NCBI RefSeq assembly: GCF_001457595.1
Contig: NZ_LN831039.1
Span: 2,670,001 to 2,702,000, forward strand
DNA length: 32,000 bases
Origin: Mycolicibacterium smegmatis
GTDB taxonomy: Bacteria; Actinomycetota; Actinomycetes; Mycobacteriales; Mycobacteriaceae
Direction of reading: 5' to 3'
A model generated the notes under the pieces. It ran no database searches, had not been told where the DNA came from, and worked only from the letters and a program-made list of their open reading frames with translations. Shown here piece by piece: positions 10,285-18,516 of the stretch (position 1 is its first letter; every line of letters starts with the position of its first letter). A program made the translations under genes and the position numbers.

Positions 10285-10300
10285 CCGTGACCTCGTGACG

Positions 10301-10331
10301 ACCCGGTCGGCCGAACATCGGCCGGCCGGGT
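10301..10331 (+). terminator. Hairpin after the APC permease gene
   Basis: ACCCGGTCGGCC (10301-10312), 7-nt loop GAACATC, GGCCGGCCGGGT (10320-10331), with one G-T wobble; followed by TGTTC rather than a long T run. Confidence 0.5.
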
Positions 10332-10341
10332 TGTTCACGTT

Positions 10342-10365
10342 CGCGCACACAACCGCGCACACAAC
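10342..10365. repeat. Perfect tandem duplication of the 12-mer CGCGCACACAAC
   Basis: 10342-10353 and 10354-10365 are identical. Confidence 0.9.
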
Positions 10366-10554
10366 GAAATCCGTTGCGCCAGGTCACCACACCGTAACAC
10401 GGGGCCGTGCAGAGTTAACGTCACCGACATTGCCGACGGGATCTACCGAAACGTTCCTGCGCGAGCATTTTCCAAGCGCAGCAAGTTGCGCCGACCCTGC
10501 ACCGGTCACCCGCGATACGCGGTGATCCACCAACAGCGGAGGAAGCACACCGTT

Positions 10555-12528
10555 ATGACGATGGACAGCACGATCACGAACGTCGAGGGCGCGGCCACGG
10601 CAGCGCCGTATCCGCTGGACCCGCTGACCGGCGCCGAGATCGAGGCGGCGGCCGCCGTCATCACCGGATCCGATTACGCCACACCCACCTTGAAGTTCGT
10701 GATGATCCAGCTCGCCGAGCCGGAGAAGAACGAGAAACTGACCTTCGTGGGCATGGACGTCCCGCGCCGCGCGTTCGTGACGATGTACGACGCCGCGGCC
10801 AAACTCATCTACGAGGCAATCGTCGACCTCGGCGCGCGTGTCATCGATTCGTGGACGCCGATTCCGGGACGCTTCCCGTCCTATCTCGTCGAGCACATGA
10901 CCGGCGTGGAGGAGAAGGTGCGGGAGGACCCGCGGTGGCAGGAGGCCATGCGCAGGCGCGGCGTCACCGATTTCAGCCTCGCGATGATCGATCCCTGGCC
11001 CGCAGGGTATTACGGCGCACAGGACCACTACGACAACTCGCCGCTGGTCTGCCGGCCCCTGACGTTCGTGCGGGCCGCACCGTCGGAGAACGGCTACGCA
11101 CGACCGGTCGAGGGGCTGATCGTGACGTTCGACCTGGACAAGATGGAAGTCCTCGACATCGAGGATCACGGTGTGGTGCCGCTGCCGCCCAAGGCCGGCA
11201 ACTACACCGAGCAGTTCATGTTCGACGCCGACAACCGGCCCGCGTTCACCGAGTTCCGGCAGGACGTCAAGAAGATCGAGATCACGCAGCCCGACGGCCC
11301 GAGTTTCACCGTCGACGGGTGGAACGTCACATGGCAGAAGTGGTCCCTTCGTGTGGGTTTCAACGTGCGTGAAGGCCTGACGCTGCACGAGATCACCTAC
11401 AACGACCGTGGCACCGTGCGGCCGATCATGTACCGCGCGGCGTTGTCGGAAATGGTGGTGCCCTACGGCGACTCGTCACCGACGCATTGGAACAAAAACG
11501 TCTTCGACATGGGCGAGGTGGGGATGGGCTTCTCGGCCAACCCCCTGACGCTGGGCTGTGACTGCCTCGGTGAGATCCACTACTTCGACGGCACGGTCAA
11601 CGACTCCGACGGCAACGCCGTGACGATCCCGAACGCCATCTGTATGCACGAGGAGGACTACGGGATCTCCTGGAAGCACACGGATTTCCGCACCGGTGAG
11701 GTCGAGGTGCGTCGTTCGCGGCGTCTGGTGATCTCGATGATCTGCACCGTCGGCAACTACGAGTACGGGTTCTTCTGGTACCTCTACAACGATGCCGGCA
11801 TCGAGATGGAGGTCAAGCTCACGGGCGTGCTCACCACCGGGTCCATCCCCGAGGGCGAGACTCCGCGGTGGGGCAAGATGGTGGCTCCCGGCATGTACGG
11901 CCCCAACCATCAGCACTTCTTCAACTTCCGTATGGACATGAGCATCGACGGTCCGGGAAACAGTGTCTACGAGGTGGATTCGATCCCCGAGCCCGATCCG
12001 GAGCTCAACCCCCACCACAACGCCTGGATCACCAAGGACACCCTGGTGGCCTCGGAGTCCGAGGGTGCGCGGGACTGGGAGTTCTCGACGGGCCGGTACT
12101 GGAAGGTGGTCAACCCGTCGAAGCTCAACGAGTTCGGTGCCCCGGTCGGCTACAAGATCATGCCGAAGGACGTCATCCCGGTGATGGTGCAGGAGGGCTC
12201 GGTGATCTACGACCGCGCCAGGTTCGTCCAGCACAACCTGTGGGTCACCAAGTACGACCCCAGGGAGCTCTACGCGGCGGGCGATTACATGTACCAGTGC
12301 GCCGAGGCGCAGGGGTTGCCGCAGTACGTCGCCGACGATGCGCCACTGGAGAACACCGACGTCGTGCTCTGGTACACCGTCGGCGCACACCATGTGGTGT
12401 GTCCTGAGGACTGGCCGGTGATGCCGTGTCACTACACGGGCTTCAAGCTCAAGCCGGTCGGTTTCTTCGATGGCAATCCCGCACTCGACGTCCCTCCGTC
12501 ACCGCCGGCGGCCTGCCACAACCACTGA
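10555..12528 (+). CDS. Copper-containing primary-amine oxidase (topaquinone enzyme)
   Basis: YRAALSEMVVPYGD (catalytic Asp region), GNYEYG (TPQ precursor Tyr in the NY(D/E) motif), NHQHFFNFRMD (Cu ligand His pair); start ATG 10555 preceded by GCGGAGGAAG. Confidence 0.93.
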   Translation: MTMDSTITNVEGAATAAPYPLDPLTGAEIEAAAAVITGSDYATPTLKFVMIQLAEPEKNEKLTFVGMDVPRRAFVTMYDAAAKLIYEAIVDLGARVIDSWTPIPGRFPSYLVEHMTGVEEKVREDPRWQEAMRRRGVTDFSLAMIDPWPAGYYGAQDHYDNSPLVCRPLTFVRAAPSENGYARPVEGLIVTFDLDKMEVLDIEDHGVVPLPPKAGNYTEQFMFDADNRPAFTEFRQDVKKIEITQPDGPSFTVDGWNVTWQKWSLRVGFNVREGLTLHEITYNDRGTVRPIMYRAALSEMVVPYGDSSPTHWNKNVFDMGEVGMGFSANPLTLGCDCLGEIHYFDGTVNDSDGNAVTIPNAICMHEEDYGISWKHTDFRTGEVEVRRSRRLVISMICTVGNYEYGFFWYLYNDAGIEMEVKLTGVLTTGSIPEGETPRWGKMVAPGMYGPNHQHFFNFRMDMSIDGPGNSVYEVDSIPEPDPELNPHHNAWITKDTLVASESEGARDWEFSTGRYWKVVNPSKLNEFGAPVGYKIMPKDVIPVMVQEGSVIYDRARFVQHNLWVTKYDPRELYAAGDYMYQCAEAQGLPQYVADDAPLENTDVVLWYTVGAHHVVCPEDWPVMPCHYTGFKLKPVGFFDGNPALDVPPSPPAACHNH

Positions 12529-12547
12529 GCCGACAGCAGGCAGAGGA

Positions 12548-12583
12548 CAGGCGCGGTATCCCATGCGGATACCGCGCCTGTTT
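12548..12583 (+). terminator. Strong hairpin terminator after the amine oxidase gene
   Basis: CAGGCGCGGTATCC (12548-12561) / GGATACCGCGCCTG (12567-12580), 14-bp perfect stem, 5-nt loop, then TTT. Confidence 0.8.
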
Positions 12584-12820
12584 GCGTGTGTAGTTAACTT
12601 TCTCGGTGAAGCCTGTCACGCGTTCTCAAGACGCGGCGGTATACGTACAGCAAACTCTGTGTGAACGGATGGCCAGCGCGCCACCTGCCGGGGGGCGTTG
12701 TTGGGGCCTAAATCACCTGCGTAAGCGCTGAGAACTGCGGGAGTATCTCCTGAAGGTGGCAAATTTTCGGTCGACAGTGCTGCTAAGGTCGGTACGACTC
12801 GAAACGTTCGGGGGAGTGAG

Positions 12821-12925
12821 ATGAGGGCAAACTACGTGACATTGCGTCTTACGCTGCGGGTGCTCACAATGGTGCTCACGGGCGCCGCGCTGATCGCCAT
12901 GGTGGCGTACAGCGGGGCGCGGTGA
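12821..12925 (+). CDS. Putative 34-aa single-pass membrane peptide (not in the supplied ORF list)
   Basis: RBS-like GGGGAGTGAG immediately before ATG; MRANYVTLRLTLRVLTMVLTGAALIAMVAYSGAR* has one hydrophobic helix. Confidence 0.4.
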   Translation: MRANYVTLRLTLRVLTMVLTGAALIAMVAYSGAR

Positions 12926-12947
12926 CCGACGACAAGTCTTAGAAGCC

Positions 12948-14072
12948 TCAAGAGAGGGCGCGGCAGACTTCGGCGGTCGCGCGGGCCAGTGACTGCGGAC
13001 CTTCGCGCAACGCCTGCTCGATGGGCGTGCCCGGCACGGTGATCGCGACGAGGCGGTCCACGCCGTGCTCGAGGAGCACGCCGGCGTCGTCTCCGACACG
13101 TCCGGCGAATATCACCACGCGGGCTCCCGCGATGCGCGCCACCTGTGCGACGCCGAACGGGGTCTTGCCCAGGACGGTCTGCGCATCGACGCTGCCCTCG
13201 CCGGTGAACACCCAGTCGGCACCGACCACGGCCTGCGCCAGGCCCACGGTCTCGGCGATCACCTCGACACCGGGCCTGCACTCGGCGCCGAGGAAATCGA
13301 GGAGCGCGAACCCGAGACCGCCCGCTGCGCCCGCGCCGGGGAGTTCTGGCCGCGCGCGGCCCAGCGTCTCCTCGGTCACCACGGCCAACCGCGTCAGCGC
13401 GGCCTCAAGCGTCTCGACATCGAACGGGGTCGCACCCTTCTGCGGGCCGAAAACGGCACTGGCACCGCCCGGCCCGAGGAGGGGAGCCGTGACGTCGGAC
13501 GCGATCCTGATCTGGATGTCCGCCAGGCGCTTGTCGAGCCCGGACAGATCGATGCGGTCCAGCTGTGCCAGGGCCCCGCCGCCCGGTGGCAACGGATTGC
13601 CTGCGGCATCGAGCAGCACCGCGCCGAGCGCGGTGAGCATCCCGGTGCCGCCGTCATTGGTGGCCGAGCCGCCCAACCCGATCAGCAGATCGACCGCGCC
13701 ACGATCCAGCGCCGAGGCGATGAGCTGGCCGACCCCGAAAGTGCTCGCGCTCAGTACGTCTCGGTCGGCCGGTGCGACGAGCTCCAACCCGGACGCGGTG
13801 GCCATCTCGATCACCGCGAGCTTGCGTTCGGGGATGTACCCGTAGTCGGCGCGTACAGGGCGGCCGAGTGGATCGGACACGTCGACCCTCACGCGTTCGC
13901 CGGCAAGGGCGTCGACGACCGCGTCGACGGTGCCCTCACCACCGTCGGCCATCGGGACGCCGACACATTCGGCGTCGGGGAACACCGAATGCACACCCTC
14001 GCGCATTGCGGTCACCGCCTGGGAGGCGGTCATCGACTCCTTGAAGGAGTCCGGGGCAAGAACGATTTTCAT
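12948..14072 (-). CDS. Glycerate kinase (glycerate 2-kinase, GK-I family)
   Basis: MKIVLAPDSFKESMTASQAVTAMREGV..., PMADGGEGTVDA, GLGGSATNDGGTGMLTALGA, FTGEGSVDAQTVLGKTPFGVA. Confidence 0.93.
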   Translation of the reverse strand: MKIVLAPDSFKESMTASQAVTAMREGVHSVFPDAECVGVPMADGGEGTVDAVVDALAGERVRVDVSDPLGRPVRADYGYIPERKLAVIEMATASGLELVAPADRDVLSASTFGVGQLIASALDRGAVDLLIGLGGSATNDGGTGMLTALGAVLLDAAGNPLPPGGGALAQLDRIDLSGLDKRLADIQIRIASDVTAPLLGPGGASAVFGPQKGATPFDVETLEAALTRLAVVTEETLGRARPELPGAGAAGGLGFALLDFLGAECRPGVEVIAETVGLAQAVVGADWVFTGEGSVDAQTVLGKTPFGVAQVARIAGARVVIFAGRVGDDAGVLLEHGVDRLVAITVPGTPIEQALREGPQSLARATAEVCRALS

Positions 14073-14079
14073 CCGTTGC

Positions 14080-15033
14080 TCATCTGACAGGGGTGAGCGC
14101 CGGTTTCCCGGCGAGGACCGCGGCGGCATTGTCGATTGCGAGAATACCCATAGCATCGCGTGTGGACTCGCCTGCGCTCGCAATATGCGGTGTGAGCACG
14201 AGATTCGGCGTGTCGAGCAACCGGGGATCGATGTGCGGTTCGTTCTCGAAGACGTCGAGCGCGGCGCCGCGCAGCGCTCCGTTGTGCAGCGCGCTCATGA
14301 GCGCGGCTTCGTCGACGACGCCGCCACGCGCAGTGTTGACGAGGTACGCAGAAGGTTTCATCTTCGCCAGCGTGGCCGCATCGATCAGGTGGCGGGTTTG
14401 CGGAGTCAGCGGCGTGAGCACACTGAGCACATCGGATTCGGCGAGCAGGGTGTCGGTGTCGACGAACTGCACACCGTCCTCGGATGTGCCCGGTTCGCGA
14501 CTGCGTGCGGTGGCCAGAACCTTCATGTCGAAACCTTTGGCACGCTGGGCAACTGCTTTGCCGATGCGGCCGTAGCCGAGGATGCCGAGCGTCGCTGAGG
14601 CACTGATGTCCAGGCCCACCAGCATGCGAGGGCCCCACACCCACGGTTCGCGTGACCGCAGAAACCGGTCGCCGTCGAGCACGCGCCGTGTCGCGGCGAG
14701 GATCAACGCGAACGTGTGATCGGCGGTCGCACGGTCGAGCACGCCGGGCGTGTTGGTCACGGTGACACCGGCCGACACCGCGGCGTCGACGTCGATGTTG
14801 TCATATCCCACAGCCACGTTCGCAATGATCTTGAGCTGCGGTCCCGCGGCTGCCAGCAACGCGGTGTCGACGCGTTCGGTCAACGTGATGACCGCGGCGT
14901 CGGCGCCAGCGAGCCCGGCTTCGAGATCCGCCCGGCTCGGCGGGTCCTCACCACCCACCCGGAACGGGACCCCCAACGATTCCAGGTGTGCCATGGCGCG
15001 GTCGGTGAGCAGTCTCGAAACGTAGATCGTCAA
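14080..15033 (-). CDS. D-2-hydroxyacid dehydrogenase (glyoxylate/hydroxypyruvate reductase-like)
   Basis: NVAVGYDNIDVDAA, GILGYGRIGKAVAQRAKGFDM, VNTARGGVVDEAAL, DVFENEPHIDPRLL, LTPHIASA. Confidence 0.9.
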   Translation of the reverse strand: MTIYVSRLLTDRAMAHLESLGVPFRVGGEDPPSRADLEAGLAGADAAVITLTERVDTALLAAAGPQLKIIANVAVGYDNIDVDAAVSAGVTVTNTPGVLDRATADHTFALILAATRRVLDGDRFLRSREPWVWGPRMLVGLDISASATLGILGYGRIGKAVAQRAKGFDMKVLATARSREPGTSEDGVQFVDTDTLLAESDVLSVLTPLTPQTRHLIDAATLAKMKPSAYLVNTARGGVVDEAALMSALHNGALRGAALDVFENEPHIDPRLLDTPNLVLTPHIASAGESTRDAMGILAIDNAAAVLAGKPALTPVR

Positions 15034-15090
15034 CAGCAGTCCTTGTCGCGGGCGTTTCGGTCGATTATGGCGGGTCGGCGGTGCGGTCTG

Positions 15091-15567
15091 TCAGCCGGCG
15101 GATCCGTGCACCTCGACCGTGGGTTCGATTCCGGTGGCTCCGACGACGTCGGCCCACACCTCGAACCCATGCTGGAATGCGACCACGCCGGCCTCCGGAA
15201 GTGCGATTTCGATCGCCTCGAGCACCTCTTCCGGAGATACCCCCAGGTCCAACGCCACCCGGATGTGGCCGGCGATGTGGCCGGGCGACGCCTTGAGGAC
15301 TGTCAGGCTGGTGATGAAGATCAGTTCTTTGGTGGCTTTGTCGAGTCGGCGTTGCTTGGTATATGCCGCCGAAACCAAGCCGTTCGCGGCCTTGAGGACG
15401 TCGAGGTCGGCGCGCGCCATCAATTTGTGGTAGGGCAACACATACCCGCGAGCGCGCGCCATTTGATTGACGTATTCGAGGGCCTCGGACTCACCTGGCG
15501 CGTTGTCGGTATCTGGCACATTGTTCCTTTCGCTGGTTCGGGGGCGTTGGTACTCATGACGGTTCAT
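15091..15567 (-). CDS. Carboxymuconolactone decarboxylase (CMD)/AhpD-fold family protein
   Basis: RLDKATKELIFITSLTVLKASPGHIAGHIRVALDLGVSPEEVLEAIEIALPEAGVVAF; start chosen at MNRHEYQRP. Confidence 0.8.
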   Translation of the reverse strand: MNRHEYQRPRTSERNNVPDTDNAPGESEALEYVNQMARARGYVLPYHKLMARADLDVLKAANGLVSAAYTKQRRLDKATKELIFITSLTVLKASPGHIAGHIRVALDLGVSPEEVLEAIEIALPEAGVVAFQHGFEVWADVVGATGIEPTVEVHGSAG

Positions 15568-16256
15568 GTCGAGTCGCCATAGAGGTCTTGGAAGATTCGC
15601 GGCAGAGCCGCGCGACTGGCCTGTGCGACGTGGTATTCGCCGGCTCGGCGAGCGCCCTCGATATCGCCGGCGATGATCGCGTCGCATATGGCGGTGATCT
15701 CGGCGAGGCTTGCCGGTTGACGATTCTCAGCAGACAGCGAGTATCGACGGAGAAGTCGAATACGTGCATGCAGCAGGCGAAGGGCCGTGGTGAGCTCTGA
15801 GTTTCCTGCACCCGCGAGCAGAGCGGCGTAGAAGGCATCCTTGGCGCCGAGGACCTCCGTCAGGTCGCCGCTCTCCATCGCCCGTGCGACGTCGGCCACG
15901 CAGTCCGCGAGTGCGCGCTTGTGCTCGACCGTTCCGCGGCGCGCAAACAGCGAGCACGCCAACGATTCCAGCGCCCCGCGAACCTCGAAGAGGTGCTCGG
16001 CGTCGCTGTAGGAGATCTTTGTGACCAGCGCGCCGCGGTTCGCCTCGATCGTGACGAAGCCTTCGCCTTCGAGTTGACGCAGTCCTTCGCGCACGACGGT
16101 GCGCGAAACGTTGTAGGTCTCGCACAGTTCGCGCTCGTTGAGGCGTTCACCTTGTTTGAGCACGCCGTGACTGATCGCGTCGCGCAGTCCGTTGACCAGC
16201 CGTAGTCGTGTCGGCGGCGCAGTGGAGGTCGTTGACGCGGTCGCGCTTTCCTGCAT
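15564..16256 (-). CDS. GntR-family transcriptional regulator, FCD (FadR-like) domain
   Basis: wHTH LRDAISHGVLKQGERLNERELCETYNVSRTVVREGLRQLEGEGFVTIEANRGA plus helical FCD effector domain; 4-bp overlap with the downstream CMD gene. Confidence 0.88.
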   Translation of the reverse strand: MQESATASTTSTAPPTRLRLVNGLRDAISHGVLKQGERLNERELCETYNVSRTVVREGLRQLEGEGFVTIEANRGALVTKISYSDAEHLFEVRGALESLACSLFARRGTVEHKRALADCVADVARAMESGDLTEVLGAKDAFYAALLAGAGNSELTTALRLLHARIRLLRRYSLSAENRQPASLAEITAICDAIIAGDIEGARRAGEYHVAQASRAALPRIFQDLYGDST

Positions 16257-16365
16257 GGGGCCACCTCGGTTCGCTCGGATACGGACGGAGTCGCCTGCCT
16301 GAAGCGATGAGATCGCTTCCCGCACGAGGCGCGCGCACGGCTGAGCGTGCGTGTCCGCCATGAAC

Positions 16366-16516
16366 TGTATGACAATCACTTCTACCGGCAAAGCGTGCCG
16401 AGCGCCAGTCGGATTCATATCGATGCAGGTAGAAACGCTGGTTTTGCGTGGATCAGCTTGTCATCCTTGACGCGGTGCGCTTGAGAGGCTTGACCGTGGC
16501 GCAAGATCGTCATACA
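16366..16516. promoter_or_regulatory. Candidate GntR operator pair: two inverted copies of TGTATGAC(A/G)ATC
   Basis: TGTATGACAATC at 16366-16377 (+) and GATCGTCATACA at 16505-16516, which is the reverse complement of TGTATGACGATC (11/12 identity); core GT-N3-AC as in many FCD-GntR sites. Confidence 0.4.
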
Positions 16517-16727
16517 TTCACGACTGGTAGAAATGTGGTGGGGCGCACAGTCAGGTGCGGCCCTCACGCCAAGCAGGCGACACAACCAGGCGGGTTCATC
16601 CCGCGATGCGATGCGACTCGGCAGTCGCGACTTCGAGGCGCCACGCCGTCTTTGCAGTACGACGACGACATCCTCGACCAGGTGTCCCGTGCGTCGTCGC
16701 ACCGTGTCAACGTATTCAGGAGAGAAG

Positions 16728-17264
16728 ATGACACAAAGCAGCACAAAGGTTTTCGGTTGGCAGCGCACCGGAACCCGGCCGTTGCTCATCACCTTGATCG
16801 ACGGTCCCAACATGCCCAATCTGGGCAACCGCAACAAACGTGTCTACGGACCGATCTCGTCCATCACCGCTCTGCAGGACCATGTCCGCCAGCTTGGGGA
16901 AGGGATGGGGGTGACCATCGAGGCGCTGGCGTCCAATCACGAGGGCGAGATCCTGGATGCGATCCATGCCTCCGCGGCCCGTAGCGACGCCTACATCCTC
17001 AACCCTGCCGGTTTGACCAAGACCGGTGAGCCCACGCGTCACGCGCTGGAGGAAACGGGCCGGCCATGGGTGGAGGTTCACTTCGCCAACATCTCCGCAC
17101 CACCGTGGTCGGAACGCGGATTGCCAGGTGGCCCTTGGGAATCGAACTTCACGCGATCGGCAACCGGCATGTCGATGGGATTGCGTCATCACAGCTACCT
17201 CGGCGCGCTTGTGGCCCTCGTCGCCGCAATTGACGACCCCCAGTTCCTGGGTGCCGCCGAGTGA
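16728..17264 (+). CDS. Type II 3-dehydroquinate dehydratase-like protein, atypical active site
   Basis: IDGPNMPNLGNRNKRVYG, NHEGEILDAIHAS, LNPAGLTKTG, VEVHFANI, RHHSYLG; ATG at 16728 with an AGGAGAGAAG RBS. Confidence 0.8.
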   Translation: MTQSSTKVFGWQRTGTRPLLITLIDGPNMPNLGNRNKRVYGPISSITALQDHVRQLGEGMGVTIEALASNHEGEILDAIHASAARSDAYILNPAGLTKTGEPTRHALEETGRPWVEVHFANISAPPWSERGLPGGPWESNFTRSATGMSMGLRHHSYLGALVALVAAIDDPQFLGAAE

Positions 17265-17656
17265 CAGGGTTCGACACGGCTTGGGAACCACAGTGGCTGG
17301 CCGTGGTCTCAGACGATGCGGAGTTCCGGCTCATCAGTCGGTGGACGGACGTGGTGTTGCGGTTGACCGACGGTCGCGTGGACCGCAGCTATCGGATCTG
17401 CGGCTCCACGATCGCCGTCGCGGATGCCGGCGAGTCCGCACCGGCGGTCACCCTCACCGGGTCACCCGAGGCGTGGACCGCGTTCCTCACCGCGACCCCC
17501 GAACCGCAAGCGCACCACATTCTCGCGATGCAGCGCCGACGTGAGGACTTTTCGATCGATGGCAAAACCGCTCTGCTGCAGAATCTCAACGTCCTCAACC
17601 GGGTCATGGAGTTGATGCGCACGGTCGCCTCCGGCTACCGACGAGGTGCGGCATGA
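17261..17656 (+). CDS. Uncharacterised 131-aa protein
   Basis: GTG start overlapping the upstream TGA (GTGA); TGA stop overlaps the next ATG (ATGA region 17653-17656); located inside an apparently translationally coupled operon. Confidence 0.75.
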   Translation: MTGFDTAWEPQWLAVVSDDAEFRLISRWTDVVLRLTDGRVDRSYRICGSTIAVADAGESAPAVTLTGSPEAWTAFLTATPEPQAHHILAMQRRREDFSIDGKTALLQNLNVLNRVMELMRTVASGYRRGAA

Positions 17657-18516
17657 CCGGTTACGAACCGATTGTCGGGCGCTATCTCACGGCGGACATC
17701 GATGGGGTGCCCAACCGGATCTACATCGAGGAATCCGGGGACGGAGTTCCCGTTGTGTGCCTCCACACGGCGGGTTCGGACTCCCGGCAGTACCGCCATA
17801 TGCAGACCGACGACGAGGTTTTGAGCCGGTTCCGCGTCCTGGCCTTCGACCTCCCGTGGCATGGCAAGTCCCTGCCGCCGGACCGATGGTGGCGCCGCGA
17901 GTACCTGCTCACGTCCGAGCTGTATATCGCTTCCGTGATGGCAGTCATCGACGCGCTGGATCTCGAACAGCCGATCGTTGTCGGTTGTTCGATGGCCGGA
18001 TCGTTGGTGTTGGAATTGGCGCTCACACATGGGGATCGCATCGGCGGGGTCATCGGTTTCTCGGGTGCGGCAAAGGTCGAGGGCCGCTTCGACGACTGGT
18101 CGTTGAAGCCGGACATCAACAGCAACCAGGCCGTCCCCTCCTGGACATACGGATTGATGGCACCGCAGAGTCCCGAACCGGCACGTCGCGAGGTCTGGTG
18201 GACGTATGCCCAGGGTGGACCGGGGGTGTACCGGGGAGACACCTACTACTACAGCAACGGGATGGACCTGCGGGGCCGGGAACGCGAAATCGACACGGCC
18301 AGGTGCCCGGTGTATCTGTTCACCGGCGAATACGACTATGCGTGCAGCCCTGAAGAAACCGAGGCGACCATAGCGGCGATACCAGGAGCGCGGGGCGGTG
18401 TGATGCGTGGGATCGGCCACTTTCCCGTCGCAGAGAACTACCCGTTGTGCAAGACCTATCTGTGGCCGGCGTTGCTCGACCTCGCCGATCGCAGGGCGGG
18501 AAACGGAATCGCGTGA
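17653..18516 (+). CDS. Alpha/beta fold hydrolase
   Basis: VVCLHTAGSDSRQYRHM, LAFDLPWHGKS, VVGCSMAGSLVLELAL nucleophile elbow, FTGEYDYACSPEET, GIGHFPVAENY. Confidence 0.88.
   Translation: MTGYEPIVGRYLTADIDGVPNRIYIEESGDGVPVVCLHTAGSDSRQYRHMQTDDEVLSRFRVLAFDLPWHGKSLPPDRWWRREYLLTSELYIASVMAVIDALDLEQPIVVGCSMAGSLVLELALTHGDRIGGVIGFSGAAKVEGRFDDWSLKPDINSNQAVPSWTYGLMAPQSPEPARREVWWTYAQGGPGVYRGDTYYYSNGMDLRGREREIDTARCPVYLFTGEYDYACSPEETEATIAAIPGARGGVMRGIGHFPVAENYPLCKTYLWPALLDLADRRAGNGIA

Noticed and set aside
10384-12432. 334-aa and 318-aa minus-strand ORFs antisense to the amine oxidase
   Set aside because: The sense strand carries all catalytic motifs of a copper amine oxidase; the antisense ORFs show no domains.
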